64,000 nt of DNA from Bacillota bacterium (GCA_015059285.1 SVAS01000001.1:327291-391290), one strand, 5' to 3'. Positions 1-8,687 are shown, numbered from the stretch's first letter. Notes: generated by a model from the sequence alone, not told the origin. Numbers and translations: made by a program.

Positions 1-120
1 AATCATATATATCTAGAATTGAAAAGAAAGTTATAAAAAAATTAAAAAATTTAACAAAAATATAATTTATTGAATATTAAATCTCTTTTTACATCAAAAC
101 AATGTGAAAGGAGATTTTTT

Positions 121-897
121 ATGGCACGTCACAAAGTAGAAATAAGTGGCGTGAATACTGCGAATATTGAAGTGTTATCTAATGAAGAACAATTAGAATT
201 ATTTAAAAGAATGCATAGTGGTGATGTATTGGCTAAAGACCGTTTGATTAATTGCAATTTAAAATTAGTTCTTAGTATTTTAAAAAAATTTAATAATAGA
301 AATGAAAATATGGATGATCTATTTCAAGTTGGTTGTGTAGGTTTAATTAAAGCAATTGAAAACTTTGATTTAAGCTATGATGTTAAGTTTTCAACTTATA
401 GTGTTCCCATGATTATGGGTGAAATAAAAAGATATTTAAGAGATAACAGTAGTGTAAGAGTTTCCAGAAGTATTAAAGATTTGGCTTTTCATGCTATTCA
501 AAAAAAAGAAGAGTTAACAACTATAAATGGAAAAGAACCAAGTGTAAAAGAAATAGCTAAAGCTATGAATATTCCTGAAATAGATATATCTATGGCACTA
601 GATTCTATGAAAGATACTATTAGTATGTTTGAACCTATTTATAATGATGGAAGTGATACAATTTATTTATCTGATCAATTAGAAGATAAAAAAAATAATA
701 CCTATGATTTAAATACAAAATTAGCAGTTAAAGAAGCTTTAAAAAAATTAAGAGAAAAAGAAAAATTTATTTTATATGAAAGGTTTTTGGTAGGTAAAAC
801 ACAAGTTGAACTTGCTCAAGAACTTGGTATTTCTCAAGCTCAAATATCAAGATTAGAAAAAAGTGGGATTGAAAATATTAAAAAAATGGTAGAATAA
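121..897 (+). CDS. sigG: Sporulation sigma factor SigG (forespore sigma-70 family). Start trimmed to the ATG at 121, which follows the RBS AAAGGAG.
   Basis: Translation MARHKVEISGV...NEEQLELFKR...DDLFQVGCVGLIKAIENFDLSYDVKFSTY..PMIMGEIKRYLRDNSS.. closely matches Bacillus/Clostridium SigG over regions 2-4. GAAAGGAG lies 6 nt upstream of the ATG at 121. Confidence 0.85.
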   Translation: MARHKVEISGVNTANIEVLSNEEQLELFKRMHSGDVLAKDRLINCNLKLVLSILKKFNNRNENMDDLFQVGCVGLIKAIENFDLSYDVKFSTYSVPMIMGEIKRYLRDNSSVRVSRSIKDLAFHAIQKKEELTTINGKEPSVKEIAKAMNIPEIDISMALDSMKDTISMFEPIYNDGSDTIYLSDQLEDKKNNTYDLNTKLAVKEALKKLREKEKFILYERFLVGKTQVELAQELGISQAQISRLEKSGIENIKKMVE

Positions 898-971
898 TCA
901 AAAATCAACTAATGGTTTGTTGATAAATGATAGATATTTTTGTATACTTTTATTATATAGTAGGAGGTATT

Positions 972-1892
972 ATGGATAATCAAAAAATAGGTACTTTTAT
1001 TAAAGAGTTAAGAAAAGAAAAAAATTTAACGCAAAAAGATTTAGCAGGTAAACTAAATATAACAGATAGAGCTATTTCTAAATGGGAAAGAGGAATTAAC
1101 TGTCCAGATATTTTTCTTTTAGATGATTTGTCACAAATATTAGATGTATCAGTAATTGAAATTTTAAAAGGAAGAAGATTAAGTAAGGAAGAAATAATTA
1201 ATAATAAAGAATTGGTAGAAACTATGTCTTTTGCAAATAAAACTTTAAAAGAAAAATTAAAAAAAGTAATTGATACTGTAACTATATCAATAGTAGTTTT
1301 TATATCGTTATTACTTCTTTTATATAATATTAGAGGAATATATTATAGCAATAAAGTTTATAATACAGATTCTAATCAAGAAATTTCTTTACAAGATAAA
1401 TATATAAATAAAATTAATAATAATATTAATCTTATTGAAAACAATCAAGGAAAATATAATTATGAAGAATATCAGCTTATCTTAAATTTTATAAATGATA
1501 TTAAATATTTAACTAATAAAAATATAGAGCAAGAATTAATTAATAAAACACAATTTACAATAAAAGATTTTAATAACTTTTTTGATAATATGTCTATATA
1601 TGATATATATGGTTATGACGGTTCAAATTCTTACAAGCAAATATATAAAATAATATTAAAATATGATATTAATAAATATGATAATATGTTAAATTATAAT
1701 TTAGCTCAACGTTATTATGCAAACAGCTATCAAGAATTATCAGAAATATATTATCCAATATATTTATATAATTATAATTTTAAAGAACATATAGGGTATG
1801 AAATTTATATAAAAAATTTAATTCAAATAAAATATAGTTCTTATTTATTAATTCTTAATGATATTGTTGAAGTGGGAGGTATTTATGAATAA
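972..1892 (+). CDS. Membrane-anchored XRE-family HTH transcriptional regulator: N-terminal HTH, one TM segment, Asn/Tyr-rich extracytoplasmic domain.
   Basis: Cro/C1-type HTH (TQKDLAGKLNITDRAISKWERG), then hydrophobic segment ISIVVFISLLLLLY. AGGAGG RBS before the ATG at 972. Paralog of the 45003-45872 gene. Confidence 0.7.
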   Translation: MDNQKIGTFIKELRKEKNLTQKDLAGKLNITDRAISKWERGINCPDIFLLDDLSQILDVSVIEILKGRRLSKEEIINNKELVETMSFANKTLKEKLKKVIDTVTISIVVFISLLLLLYNIRGIYYSNKVYNTDSNQEISLQDKYINKINNNINLIENNQGKYNYEEYQLILNFINDIKYLTNKNIEQELINKTQFTIKDFNNFFDNMSIYDIYGYDGSNSYKQIYKIILKYDINKYDNMLNYNLAQRYYANSYQELSEIYYPIYLYNYNFKEHIGYEIYIKNLIQIKYSSYLLILNDIVEVGGIYE

Positions 1893-2439
1893 AAGAAGTT
1901 TAATCAAATTTGTTTTAAGTTTACTGGCTTTAATTTTCATCTTATCTTTTGAAATAAAAATAGAAAATTTTAGTTGGGTAATTCTTTTACCACTACTACC
2001 CCTTATAACAATTTATATGTATAAATATAAAAATAACATAAAAAAATATAATTTTATTTATAACGTAATTTTATTATTATTAATATTTTTTACGTTTTTA
2101 ATAAGTGCTTATTTAATTATAGTTATGGTACAAACCTTAGACTATCTTTTATATGATGGTTCAATATTTTTTAATATATTTAATTTATATTTAATATTAA
2201 AAATATTAATTGATAGTATTATTGATTTCAAAAATAATACTAATAAACTAAATGATTATTTAGCTATGTTAGTACTTATAATAATTAATTTAATTTTTGT
2301 AAGATATTATTTAAATATTAATTTAATAATTAATCGTTTTGATGCACCTAAGTTTATATATCAAAATTATGCATATTTCTTTATGATGTTACTTATAACT
2401 GAATGCCATAGATATTTTAGTAACAATTTATCTAAATAG
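1885..2439 (+). CDS. Hypothetical polytopic membrane protein
   Basis: Highly hydrophobic 184-aa ORF; GGGAGG RBS before the ATG at 1885; hairpin terminator downstream. Confidence 0.55.
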   Translation: MNKRSLIKFVLSLLALIFILSFEIKIENFSWVILLPLLPLITIYMYKYKNNIKKYNFIYNVILLLLIFFTFLISAYLIIVMVQTLDYLLYDGSIFFNIFNLYLILKILIDSIIDFKNNTNKLNDYLAMLVLIIINLIFVRYYLNINLIINRFDAPKFIYQNYAYFFMMLLITECHRYFSNNLSK

Positions 2440-2463
2440 ATAGGAACTCCTATCTATTTTTTC
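2438..2463 (+). terminator. Rho-independent terminator (hairpin AGATAGG-AACT-CCTATCT plus T-run)
   Basis: Perfect inverted repeat followed by TTTTTT, read directly in the sequence. Confidence 0.6.
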
Positions 2464-2535
2464 TATTTATGTTGTACTTCTGTTCTAAAAAGTAAAAGAA
2501 TATATAATAAGACTTGTTAGAATAGGAGTAAGTTT

Positions 2536-3555
2536 ATGAATAAAAAAGGATTTACATTGATCGAGTTACTAGCAGTAATCGTAATACTAGCAATTATTGC
2601 ATTAATAGCCGTACCAGTTATTATGAATATAATAAGTAGTGCAAGAAAAAGTGCATTTGAAGATACAGCATATGGACTAATAAGTGCTGGGGAAATGTAT
2701 TATGCTCAAGAATTATTAGAAAATGGAATGACTTCAGATAAAGAATTTATCATAGAAGGTGGAGAATTTGTTGGAGAAAACAAACTAGAAGTTAAAGGGT
2801 CTTTACCAATAAATGGAAAAATAACTGTAACAAAGGATGGTAAAGTTGCAATAGCAGTAGAAAATGGAGCACATTGTGTAACAAAAGCAACAAGTGAAAG
2901 TGCAATCACAACAACAAAATATGAAGGAAGTTGTGAATATAAAAAGGTAGCCAATCCAATCATTACAACAAATACATTTTGTTTAATAGATGGAAGTGAA
3001 TGTGCGGTAGGAACAGAATTAGTAGTACAGGTAAATGCAACAACAACAAACACATTCTTTGTAATAGACGATGCTGAAAACACTTTAACTTTGCTTATGA
3101 ATAGAAATGTAGATGAAGAAACAGTAGCGTGGATAGCAAAAACAGATTATTTAACAGCAGGAGGAACAGAAGCAGATTATGGTGAATATGGAAATAACAC
3201 AACGGGGCCAATCACAGCTTTAAATTATTTAGAAAGAAAAACAAGTAGTTGGACAAATATATCAGCGAAAACATATACATTAGCAGATGATCAAGGAAGG
3301 TACACAATAGAAAGAACAAATGCAAGAGCAAGAATGTTAACAGAAACAGAAGCAACCAAAATAAAATCTTATGATTGGTCACATGACAATTTGGTTGCAC
3401 CATTATATGGTTATTGGACAAGTACTAGTGCAGGAAATTATTACACTGCTTTAGTAATGTATGTTGGTGGCATGGTTCGTGGTGGCTATGGTGTATATAG
3501 TGATAATTATTTTGGTGTTCGCCCAGTAATAGAAATACCTAAAACAATTATTTAA
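2536..3555 (+). CDS. Type IV pilin / pseudopilin-like protein: prepilin N-terminal cleavage/methylation domain plus a large Thr-rich C-terminal domain containing Cys pairs.
   Basis: N-terminus MNKKG|FTLIELLAVIVILAIIALIAVP is a class III signal peptide (G-1, E+5). Full length is 339 aa, much larger than ComGC-type pseudopilins. Confidence 0.75.
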   Translation: MNKKGFTLIELLAVIVILAIIALIAVPVIMNIISSARKSAFEDTAYGLISAGEMYYAQELLENGMTSDKEFIIEGGEFVGENKLEVKGSLPINGKITVTKDGKVAIAVENGAHCVTKATSESAITTTKYEGSCEYKKVANPIITTNTFCLIDGSECAVGTELVVQVNATTTNTFFVIDDAENTLTLLMNRNVDEETVAWIAKTDYLTAGGTEADYGEYGNNTTGPITALNYLERKTSSWTNISAKTYTLADDQGRYTIERTNARARMLTETEATKIKSYDWSHDNLVAPLYGYWTSTSAGNYYTALVMYVGGMVRGGYGVYSDNYFGVRPVIEIPKTII

Positions 3556-3556
3556 A

Positions 3557-3579
3557 AATGAGTTAAGCTCATTTTTTTA
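3557..3579 (+). terminator. Rho-independent terminator after the pilin-like gene
   Basis: AATGAG-TTAAG-CTCATT hairpin followed by TTTTTTT. Confidence 0.55.
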
Positions 3580-3611
3580 TTTATTATAAATATACTTAAA
3601 TAGGTGGTAAT

Positions 3612-3842
3612 ATGAGGCTTTCTGATTTACAAAACAAAGATATAATTAATATTAATGATGGCAAAAAAATAGGTAATATTATAGATATAAATATTGATAT
3701 GAATGGGAAAATGTCAGGTTTAGTTGTAGAAAAGAGTAAATTTTTAGTTTCTATGTTTAGTAATAAGGATGAAATAGAAGTTAAGTGGGAGCAAATTGAA
3801 AAAATTGGTGAAGATGTTATTTTAGTTAGATTAAATATTTAG
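3612..3842 (+). CDS. ylmC: YlmC/YmxH-family sporulation protein (PRC-barrel)
   Basis: MRLSDLQNKDIININDGKKIGNI.D.NID...G fits the YlmC/YmxH family pattern; 76 aa. Confidence 0.7.
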   Translation: MRLSDLQNKDIININDGKKIGNIIDINIDMNGKMSGLVVEKSKFLVSMFSNKDEIEVKWEQIEKIGEDVILVRLNI

Positions 3843-3890
3843 TTTTACTAAAATTAATAATAATGTTATAATGAATTTGGAGATGGTTAA

Positions 3891-4934
3891 ATGAAAAAGA
3901 TAACAATAAATATGCTTTCTAGTGCTGATAAAGTAGATGGTCAAGGAGTTGGAAGTGCTTATTTAGAACAAGTGGCTTTAGTAAAAGAAGGGGCAACTGA
4001 TATATTTGATGTAGTAATTAATAGTAAGAAAAAAACAGATATCATTCATCATCACACAATAGATTTGGATCATTTTTTCAAAATGCAGATGAGTGATGCT
4101 ATTAATGTTGCGTATGTACATTTTTTGCCTACAACTTTAGATGGTAGTATTAAATTACCTAAAGCTATTTTTCCAGTATTTAAAAAGTATGTAATTAGTT
4201 TTTATAATAGTGCGGATTATTTAGTTGTAGTAAATCCAAGTTTTATTAAAGAATTAGTATCATGTGGTATTGATGAAGAAAAAATAATATATATTCCAAA
4301 TTATGTTTCAAAAGAAAACTTTTATAGTAAGAAAAAAGCAGAAATATTAGAAATTAGAAAAAAATATGGTTTTACTGAAAAAGATTTTATTGTTTTAGGT
4401 GCGGGACAAGTACAAACTAGAAAAGGTGTTCAAGATTTTGTTGAAGTAGCGAAAAAAACTCCTGATATTTCTTATGTATGGTGTGGAGGTTTTTCGTTTG
4501 GCAAAATTACAGATGGTTATGAAGAATTGAAAGAAATAGTTGAAAACCCACCAAAAAATGTTAAATTTTTAGGTATAATTCCAAGAGAAGAAATGAACGA
4601 TATTTATAATATGGCGGACGTTTTATTTGTTCCTTCATATAACGAATTATTTCCGATGACTATATTAGAGGCAGTAAATTCTAAAAAGCCTTTGTTATTA
4701 AGAGATTTAGAATTATATGAAGAAATTTTATTTAAGAAGTATCTATTAGGTCATGATAATAAAGATTTTATAAAAAAATTAAATGAGTTAAAAGATAATA
4801 AAGAATTATATAAAAAATATAGCAATTATTCTAAAGAGATTAGCGAATTTTATTCTAAAGAAAATGTTTTAAATCTATGGATTGAGTTTTATACTAAAAT
4901 TTATAATGAACGTAAGGAAAAAATTAATTCATAA
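3891..4934 (+). CDS. Family 4 (GT-B fold) glycosyltransferase, CpoA/diacylglycerol-glycosyltransferase-like
   Basis: N-terminal MKKITINMLSSADKVDGQGVGSAY and C-terminal FVPS..ELFPMTILEAV motifs typical of retaining GT4 enzymes. Confidence 0.65.
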   Translation: MKKITINMLSSADKVDGQGVGSAYLEQVALVKEGATDIFDVVINSKKKTDIIHHHTIDLDHFFKMQMSDAINVAYVHFLPTTLDGSIKLPKAIFPVFKKYVISFYNSADYLVVVNPSFIKELVSCGIDEEKIIYIPNYVSKENFYSKKKAEILEIRKKYGFTEKDFIVLGAGQVQTRKGVQDFVEVAKKTPDISYVWCGGFSFGKITDGYEELKEIVENPPKNVKFLGIIPREEMNDIYNMADVLFVPSYNELFPMTILEAVNSKKPLLLRDLELYEEILFKKYLLGHDNKDFIKKLNELKDNKELYKKYSNYSKEISEFYSKENVLNLWIEFYTKIYNERKEKINS

Positions 4935-4941
4935 GTGCTTC

Positions 4942-4968
4942 AAAAACTAGTATTTAACTAGTTTTTTT
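4942..4968 (+). terminator. Rho-independent terminator (AAAAACTAGT-ATTT-AACTAGTTTTT)
   Basis: Inverted repeat plus T-run immediately after the GT4 stop. Confidence 0.55.
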
Positions 4969-4992
4969 GATATAATCTATTTTGGTGGTAGT

Positions 4993-5970
4993 ATGAATAA
5001 GTGCTTAAAATATATAATTAGTATCTTTATAATAAATTTACTAATTATAGGTTTTATATATAAAAAAAATAAACAAGAATTATATACAACTAATTTATTT
5101 TATATGGATACTTATATTAATATAAAGTTTTATAGTAATAATGAAAAAAATGCCATAAAAGCTTTAGAAGAAGCAGAAAATTTATATGAAACTTATCACA
5201 ATTTGACTGATCGTTATAATAGTTCTAGTGAACTTTATTTAGTAAATCATACATTCAGTGAACTTGAAATAGATGAAAGATTATATAATTTAATTGATTA
5301 TTCTAAAAATTGGCATTCTAAAAGTAATGGACTTTTTAATATTAATATGGGAGATGTGATTGATATTTGGAAAAAATATCGTGATAGTGGTACTGGAATA
5401 CCTACTAAAGAAGAACTTAAGGTTAATATAGATATAAATAGTTTTACTTTACTGGAAAATAATACAATTTTAAATAAAAATGCTAATATTGATTTAGGTG
5501 GCATTGTTAAAGGATATGTTACTAATTTAGTAGGAGAGGCTTTTTCTAAACTTGGAATAGAGGACTATATTATTAATGCTGGAGGTAATGTTTTAGTTGG
5601 TAAAAAAGCTAAAGGTAAATATAAAATTGGTATTGAGAGTCCTATAAATACTGGAGAAATATATCAAGTAGTTACTGGAAATAATATTAGTGTAGTAACA
5701 AGCGGTAGTTATGAAAGATTTTATGAGTATAATGGAAAAATGTATCATCACATTATTAATCCTAATACTTTGTATCCAAGTGGATTTATGAAAAGTGTTA
5801 CTGTTGTTTGTGAAGATAGTGCTTTAGCTGATATATTATCTACAACTTTATTTTTAATGCCTATTGAAGATGGTAAAAATTATTTAAAACAATTTGAAAA
5901 TGTAGAAGCTGTTTGGTTTGATAATAATAACAATATAATAAAATCAGAGGGTTTTAATAAATATGAATAA
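4993..5970 (+). CDS. apbE: FAD:protein FMN transferase (ApbE family), membrane-anchored
   Basis: ApbE signatures: MDTYINIKFY..., DLGGIVKGYV, and a C-terminal ...DILSTTLFLM segment. N-terminal hydrophobic anchor. Confidence 0.8.
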   Translation: MNKCLKYIISIFIINLLIIGFIYKKNKQELYTTNLFYMDTYINIKFYSNNEKNAIKALEEAENLYETYHNLTDRYNSSSELYLVNHTFSELEIDERLYNLIDYSKNWHSKSNGLFNINMGDVIDIWKKYRDSGTGIPTKEELKVNIDINSFTLLENNTILNKNANIDLGGIVKGYVTNLVGEAFSKLGIEDYIINAGGNVLVGKKAKGKYKIGIESPINTGEIYQVVTGNNISVVTSGSYERFYEYNGKMYHHIINPNTLYPSGFMKSVTVVCEDSALADILSTTLFLMPIEDGKNYLKQFENVEAVWFDNNNNIIKSEGFNKYE

Positions 5971-6322
5971 AACTGATATAAAACTAATAGGTATTATTTT
6001 ATTAATCGCGTTAATCTTTCTATTAAGTTTTAAATTGTTTGAAAAAAATGATAATAAGCAAGCCATAGTATATTATGAAAATAAAAAAGTATTAACGGTT
6101 AATCTTAATGAAAAAAAAGAATATAAAGTAGATGGTTATAATGGTGAAGTTATTATTATTGTTAATAATGGGAAAATAAAAGTAGAACAAGAAAATAGTC
6201 CTTTGCATTTATGTTCTAAACAAGGGTATATTAGTAAGTCTTATGAAACAATAGTATGCTTACCAAATAAAATATCAATTAAAATAATAGGAAATGAAGA
6301 ATTAGATGTAGTAGTAAATTAG
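5963..6322 (+). CDS. NusG domain II-containing small membrane protein (ApbE/Gx-transporter-associated)
   Basis: N-terminal TM helix. Position between apbE and the Gx-transporter gene is the conserved synteny for this family. Overlaps the apbE stop by 8 nt. Confidence 0.55.
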   Translation: MNKTDIKLIGIILLIALIFLLSFKLFEKNDNKQAIVYYENKKVLTVNLNEKKEYKVDGYNGEVIIIVNNGKIKVEQENSPLHLCSKQGYISKSYETIVCLPNKISIKIIGNEELDVVVN

Positions 6323-6329
6323 GTGATTT

Positions 6330-6824
6330 ATGGAAATAAAAAAATATGCAAGATTATCACTTTTATTAGCGCTTTCTGTAGTTTTAAATTTAATAGAAAG
6401 TTCAATTCCTATTTTTAATGGTTTTATACCAGGATTGAAGCTTGGTTTGGCCAATACAGTTATTTTATTTGTTTTATATGTTTTTTCTTTTAAAGATGCT
6501 TTATATGTATCGATAACAAGAGTATTTATTGTTGGTATACTCAGAACTGGATTATTTTCAATTACATTTTTCTTTAGTTTAGGGGGAGCAATTTTAAGTA
6601 TACTTGCTATGAGCATATGTAAAAAAATATCTAAACTATCAATTATAGGAACTAGTATTATTGGTTCGATTTTCCATAGTTTAGGTCAAATATTAATAGC
6701 TATTCTATTAATAAAAACAACTAATATGATTTATTATTTACCATGGTTACTTTTATTTTCAATTCCAACAGGTATAATTACAGGTTTAATTACAAAAGAA
6801 TTAATTAAGTATTTTCAAAAATAA
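6330..6824 (+). CDS. Gx transporter family protein (heptaprenyl diphosphate synthase component I-like membrane protein)
   Basis: 164-aa polytopic membrane protein, MEIKKYARLSLLLALSVVLNLIESSIP..; typical partner of ApbE/FMN-binding proteins. Confidence 0.6.
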   Translation: MEIKKYARLSLLLALSVVLNLIESSIPIFNGFIPGLKLGLANTVILFVLYVFSFKDALYVSITRVFIVGILRTGLFSITFFFSLGGAILSILAMSICKKISKLSIIGTSIIGSIFHSLGQILIAILLIKTTNMIYYLPWLLLFSIPTGIITGLITKELIKYFQK

Positions 6825-6893
6825 AAATAGATACTTGAAATAAAATAAAAATTATTATACAATTATATTGTTATATGATCGAGGAGGTTAATT

Positions 6894-7367
6894 ATGAAAA
6901 AGATTTTAGCATTTGTTGCACTTATTTGTTTAATAGGTATTTCTGGATGTACACCAGTAGAAGAAGGAATTTATAAAGAAGGAACATATTATGGAACAGC
7001 AACTGATAATTATGGTGGTGAAACAAATACAGCTACTGCTATTGTTTATGTAGATGCTTCTGGAGTAATTAAATCCGTTACTTTAGATACTACTTATGTC
7101 AAAGATGGTGTTGTTACTACTAAAAAATCATTAGGTAATGAATATGGTATGAAAGGTGTTTCTGCTTCTAAAGGAACTATTGCAGGTGGTGCTGAATGGT
7201 TTGAACAAGTAGCAAATTTAGAAAAGAAGATTGTTTCAGAACAAGGTTTAGATTGGTTAGTTTGGTCTGATACAGACAAAACAGTTACTGATTCTGTAAG
7301 TGGTGTAACAATTAAAATCAATGCTTTAGTTGAAGCAGCAAACAATGCAATTAATCAAGCAAAATAA
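6894..7367 (+). CDS. FMN-binding domain lipoprotein (extracytoplasmic flavoprotein, PplA/RnfG-like FMN_bind)
   Basis: Lipobox LIGISGC. Gly/Thr-rich FMN_bind-like sequence T.TDNYGGETNTATAIVYVDASGVIKSV. Directly downstream of apbE. Confidence 0.65.
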   Translation: MKKILAFVALICLIGISGCTPVEEGIYKEGTYYGTATDNYGGETNTATAIVYVDASGVIKSVTLDTTYVKDGVVTTKKSLGNEYGMKGVSASKGTIAGGAEWFEQVANLEKKIVSEQGLDWLVWSDTDKTVTDSVSGVTIKINALVEAANNAINQAK

Positions 7368-7402
7368 TTATGTAAATTAAAATTACTGTTAAAGCAGTAA
7401 TT

Positions 7403-7428
7403 TTTTTGTTTATATAATTAAATTGTAT
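7403..7428 (+). terminator. Rho-independent terminator (ATTACTG-TTAAAG-CAGTAAT plus T-run)
   Basis: Inverted repeat and TTTTTTT after the FMN-binding gene stop. Confidence 0.6.
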
Positions 7429-7783
7429 TAGCATATTTTATGTCGTATAATGTATATAATAGCAAGCCTTTTAGCTATGAGTATATAAATGAAATTAAAA
7501 ATAGAATTTTTGTAGTTAGTAGTATATTTCTATTTTAGGTGATTTATATTATTTAGCTGTAAAAATAAATGATACATAGATTTTGCAGTATTTTCTAGTA
7601 TGTATTTATAAGGAATTGCTCTGAAATGAGGAATTCAATGATAATTAAAAAATACTGCACTAAAAAATTATTGTTTCAAAACTTAAAAAAATGTAAAGCA
7701 AATTGTTTTTCAATTTTAATATGGAAAATAATTTGTTTTTGTTTTGTAATAAAAGGTAAATCTAATTGTAGATCACCCCCTTT

Positions 7784-7812
7784 TATCAATTTAATACGAA
7801 ATTAAATTGATA
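7784..7812. promoter_or_regulatory. Perfect 12-bp inverted repeat TATCAATTTAAT-acgaa-ATTAAATTGATA, candidate operator ending 1 nt before the RBS of the sigma-like regulator gene
   Basis: Seen directly in the sequence: the right arm is the exact reverse complement of the left arm, ends 1 nt before GGAGG, and is 13 nt upstream of the ATG at 7825. Confidence 0.55.
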
Positions 7813-7824
7813 GGAGGAATATAT

Positions 7825-8310
7825 ATGGCAAAAATGCCTAAAAGAAGAAAAAATAAGGATAATCCTTATACTCTAGAATACATAGAAGATAAAAACATTT
7901 ATAAAGTTAATTTTAAAGATAACAAAGGAAAATTAAATACGTTAGAAATAAGTGCTGATGTATATAAAGCAATGGATAAATTTGAACTAGAAGACATATC
8001 TCAAATGCATCAATTTGAGCGTCATATAGAACATTCTGAACTATTTGAAGGAACATTAAATGAAAGAGCTGTGGACAAGCCTCTTGCAGTAGAAGAAATA
8101 GTTGAAAATACTATTATAAATGAAGAACTTATAAGGGCAATTGGTGGTTTATCGGAAGTACAAAAAAGAAGAATAAAGTTATATTATTTTGAAGGTTTAA
8201 CACAAAAAGAAATCGCTAATAGAGAAGGAACTTCTTTGAGGGCAGTACAATATACTTTAAATAGCGCAATTAATAAATTGAAAGAAATTCTAAAAAATTT
8301 GCAAATTTGA
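7825..8310 (+). CDS. Sigma-70 region-4-only transcriptional regulator, phage ArpU/RinA-like or TcdR-like late/toxin-gene activator
   Basis: C-terminal HTH LSEVQKRRIKLYYFEGLTQKEIANREGTSLRAVQYTLNSAINKLKE is sigma region 4-like. No region 2 recognisable. Start trimmed to MAKMPKRR after GGAGG. Confidence 0.6.
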   Translation: MAKMPKRRKNKDNPYTLEYIEDKNIYKVNFKDNKGKLNTLEISADVYKAMDKFELEDISQMHQFERHIEHSELFEGTLNERAVDKPLAVEEIVENTIINEELIRAIGGLSEVQKRRIKLYYFEGLTQKEIANREGTSLRAVQYTLNSAINKLKEILKNLQI

Positions 8311-8337
8311 CTTCGTAAAATTGCTTTTGAGTGGGGA

Positions 8338-8374
8338 AACAGGTGAAAGGATAGATTGTATCCTTTCACCTGTT
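8338..8374 (+). terminator. Very strong 14-bp perfect hairpin (AACAGGTGAAAGGA-tagattgta-TCCTTTCACCTGTT) with a weak U-tract; terminator or RNA-processing/regulatory stem-loop
   Basis: Perfect inverted repeat 27 nt after the regulator stop; the downstream T-run is poor (CTTTGAAAA). Confidence 0.5.
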
Positions 8375-8687
8375 CTTTGAAAATTGAATAATGATAATTG
8401 AATACATAATGCTTCTTTTAAGCACGTTAGTAAGTTCGCTTGCGACTAATACTTGACTATGAATGCTAACAGATTATTAGCAATGCAATGATGAAGAAGT
8501 GTGATAATGATACTTCCACCTAGCGACAGTCTCAAACAATCGGAGTGGTTCTGATAAATACAGAAAGGTGAAATCCCTATGGTGCTGACATATCATCAGC
8601 CATTCAATTATCATGTGTAATAAAATTTTAGAAGAATTGCTAAATATTAGACTAAAACATAAAAAATATAGAAAGGTCGTGTAACGT

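Noticed and set aside
897-935. Possible terminator after sigG (ATCAAC...GTTGAT)
   Set aside because: The stem is only 6 bp with a 10-nt loop and no T-run. Too weak to call.
2706-3421. Minus-strand ORFs 2706-3083 and 3212-3421 inside the pilin-like gene
   Set aside because: They lie fully within and antisense to a well-supported CDS. They have no RBS, and their translations are low-complexity and hydrophobic. These are spurious frames in AT-rich DNA.
5298-8369. Antisense or overlapping short ORFs 5298-5504, 6302-6616, 7094-7345, 8184-8369
   Set aside because: Each is embedded antisense in a confidently assigned gene (apbE, Gx transporter, FMN-binding lipoprotein, sigma-like regulator) with no start-site support.
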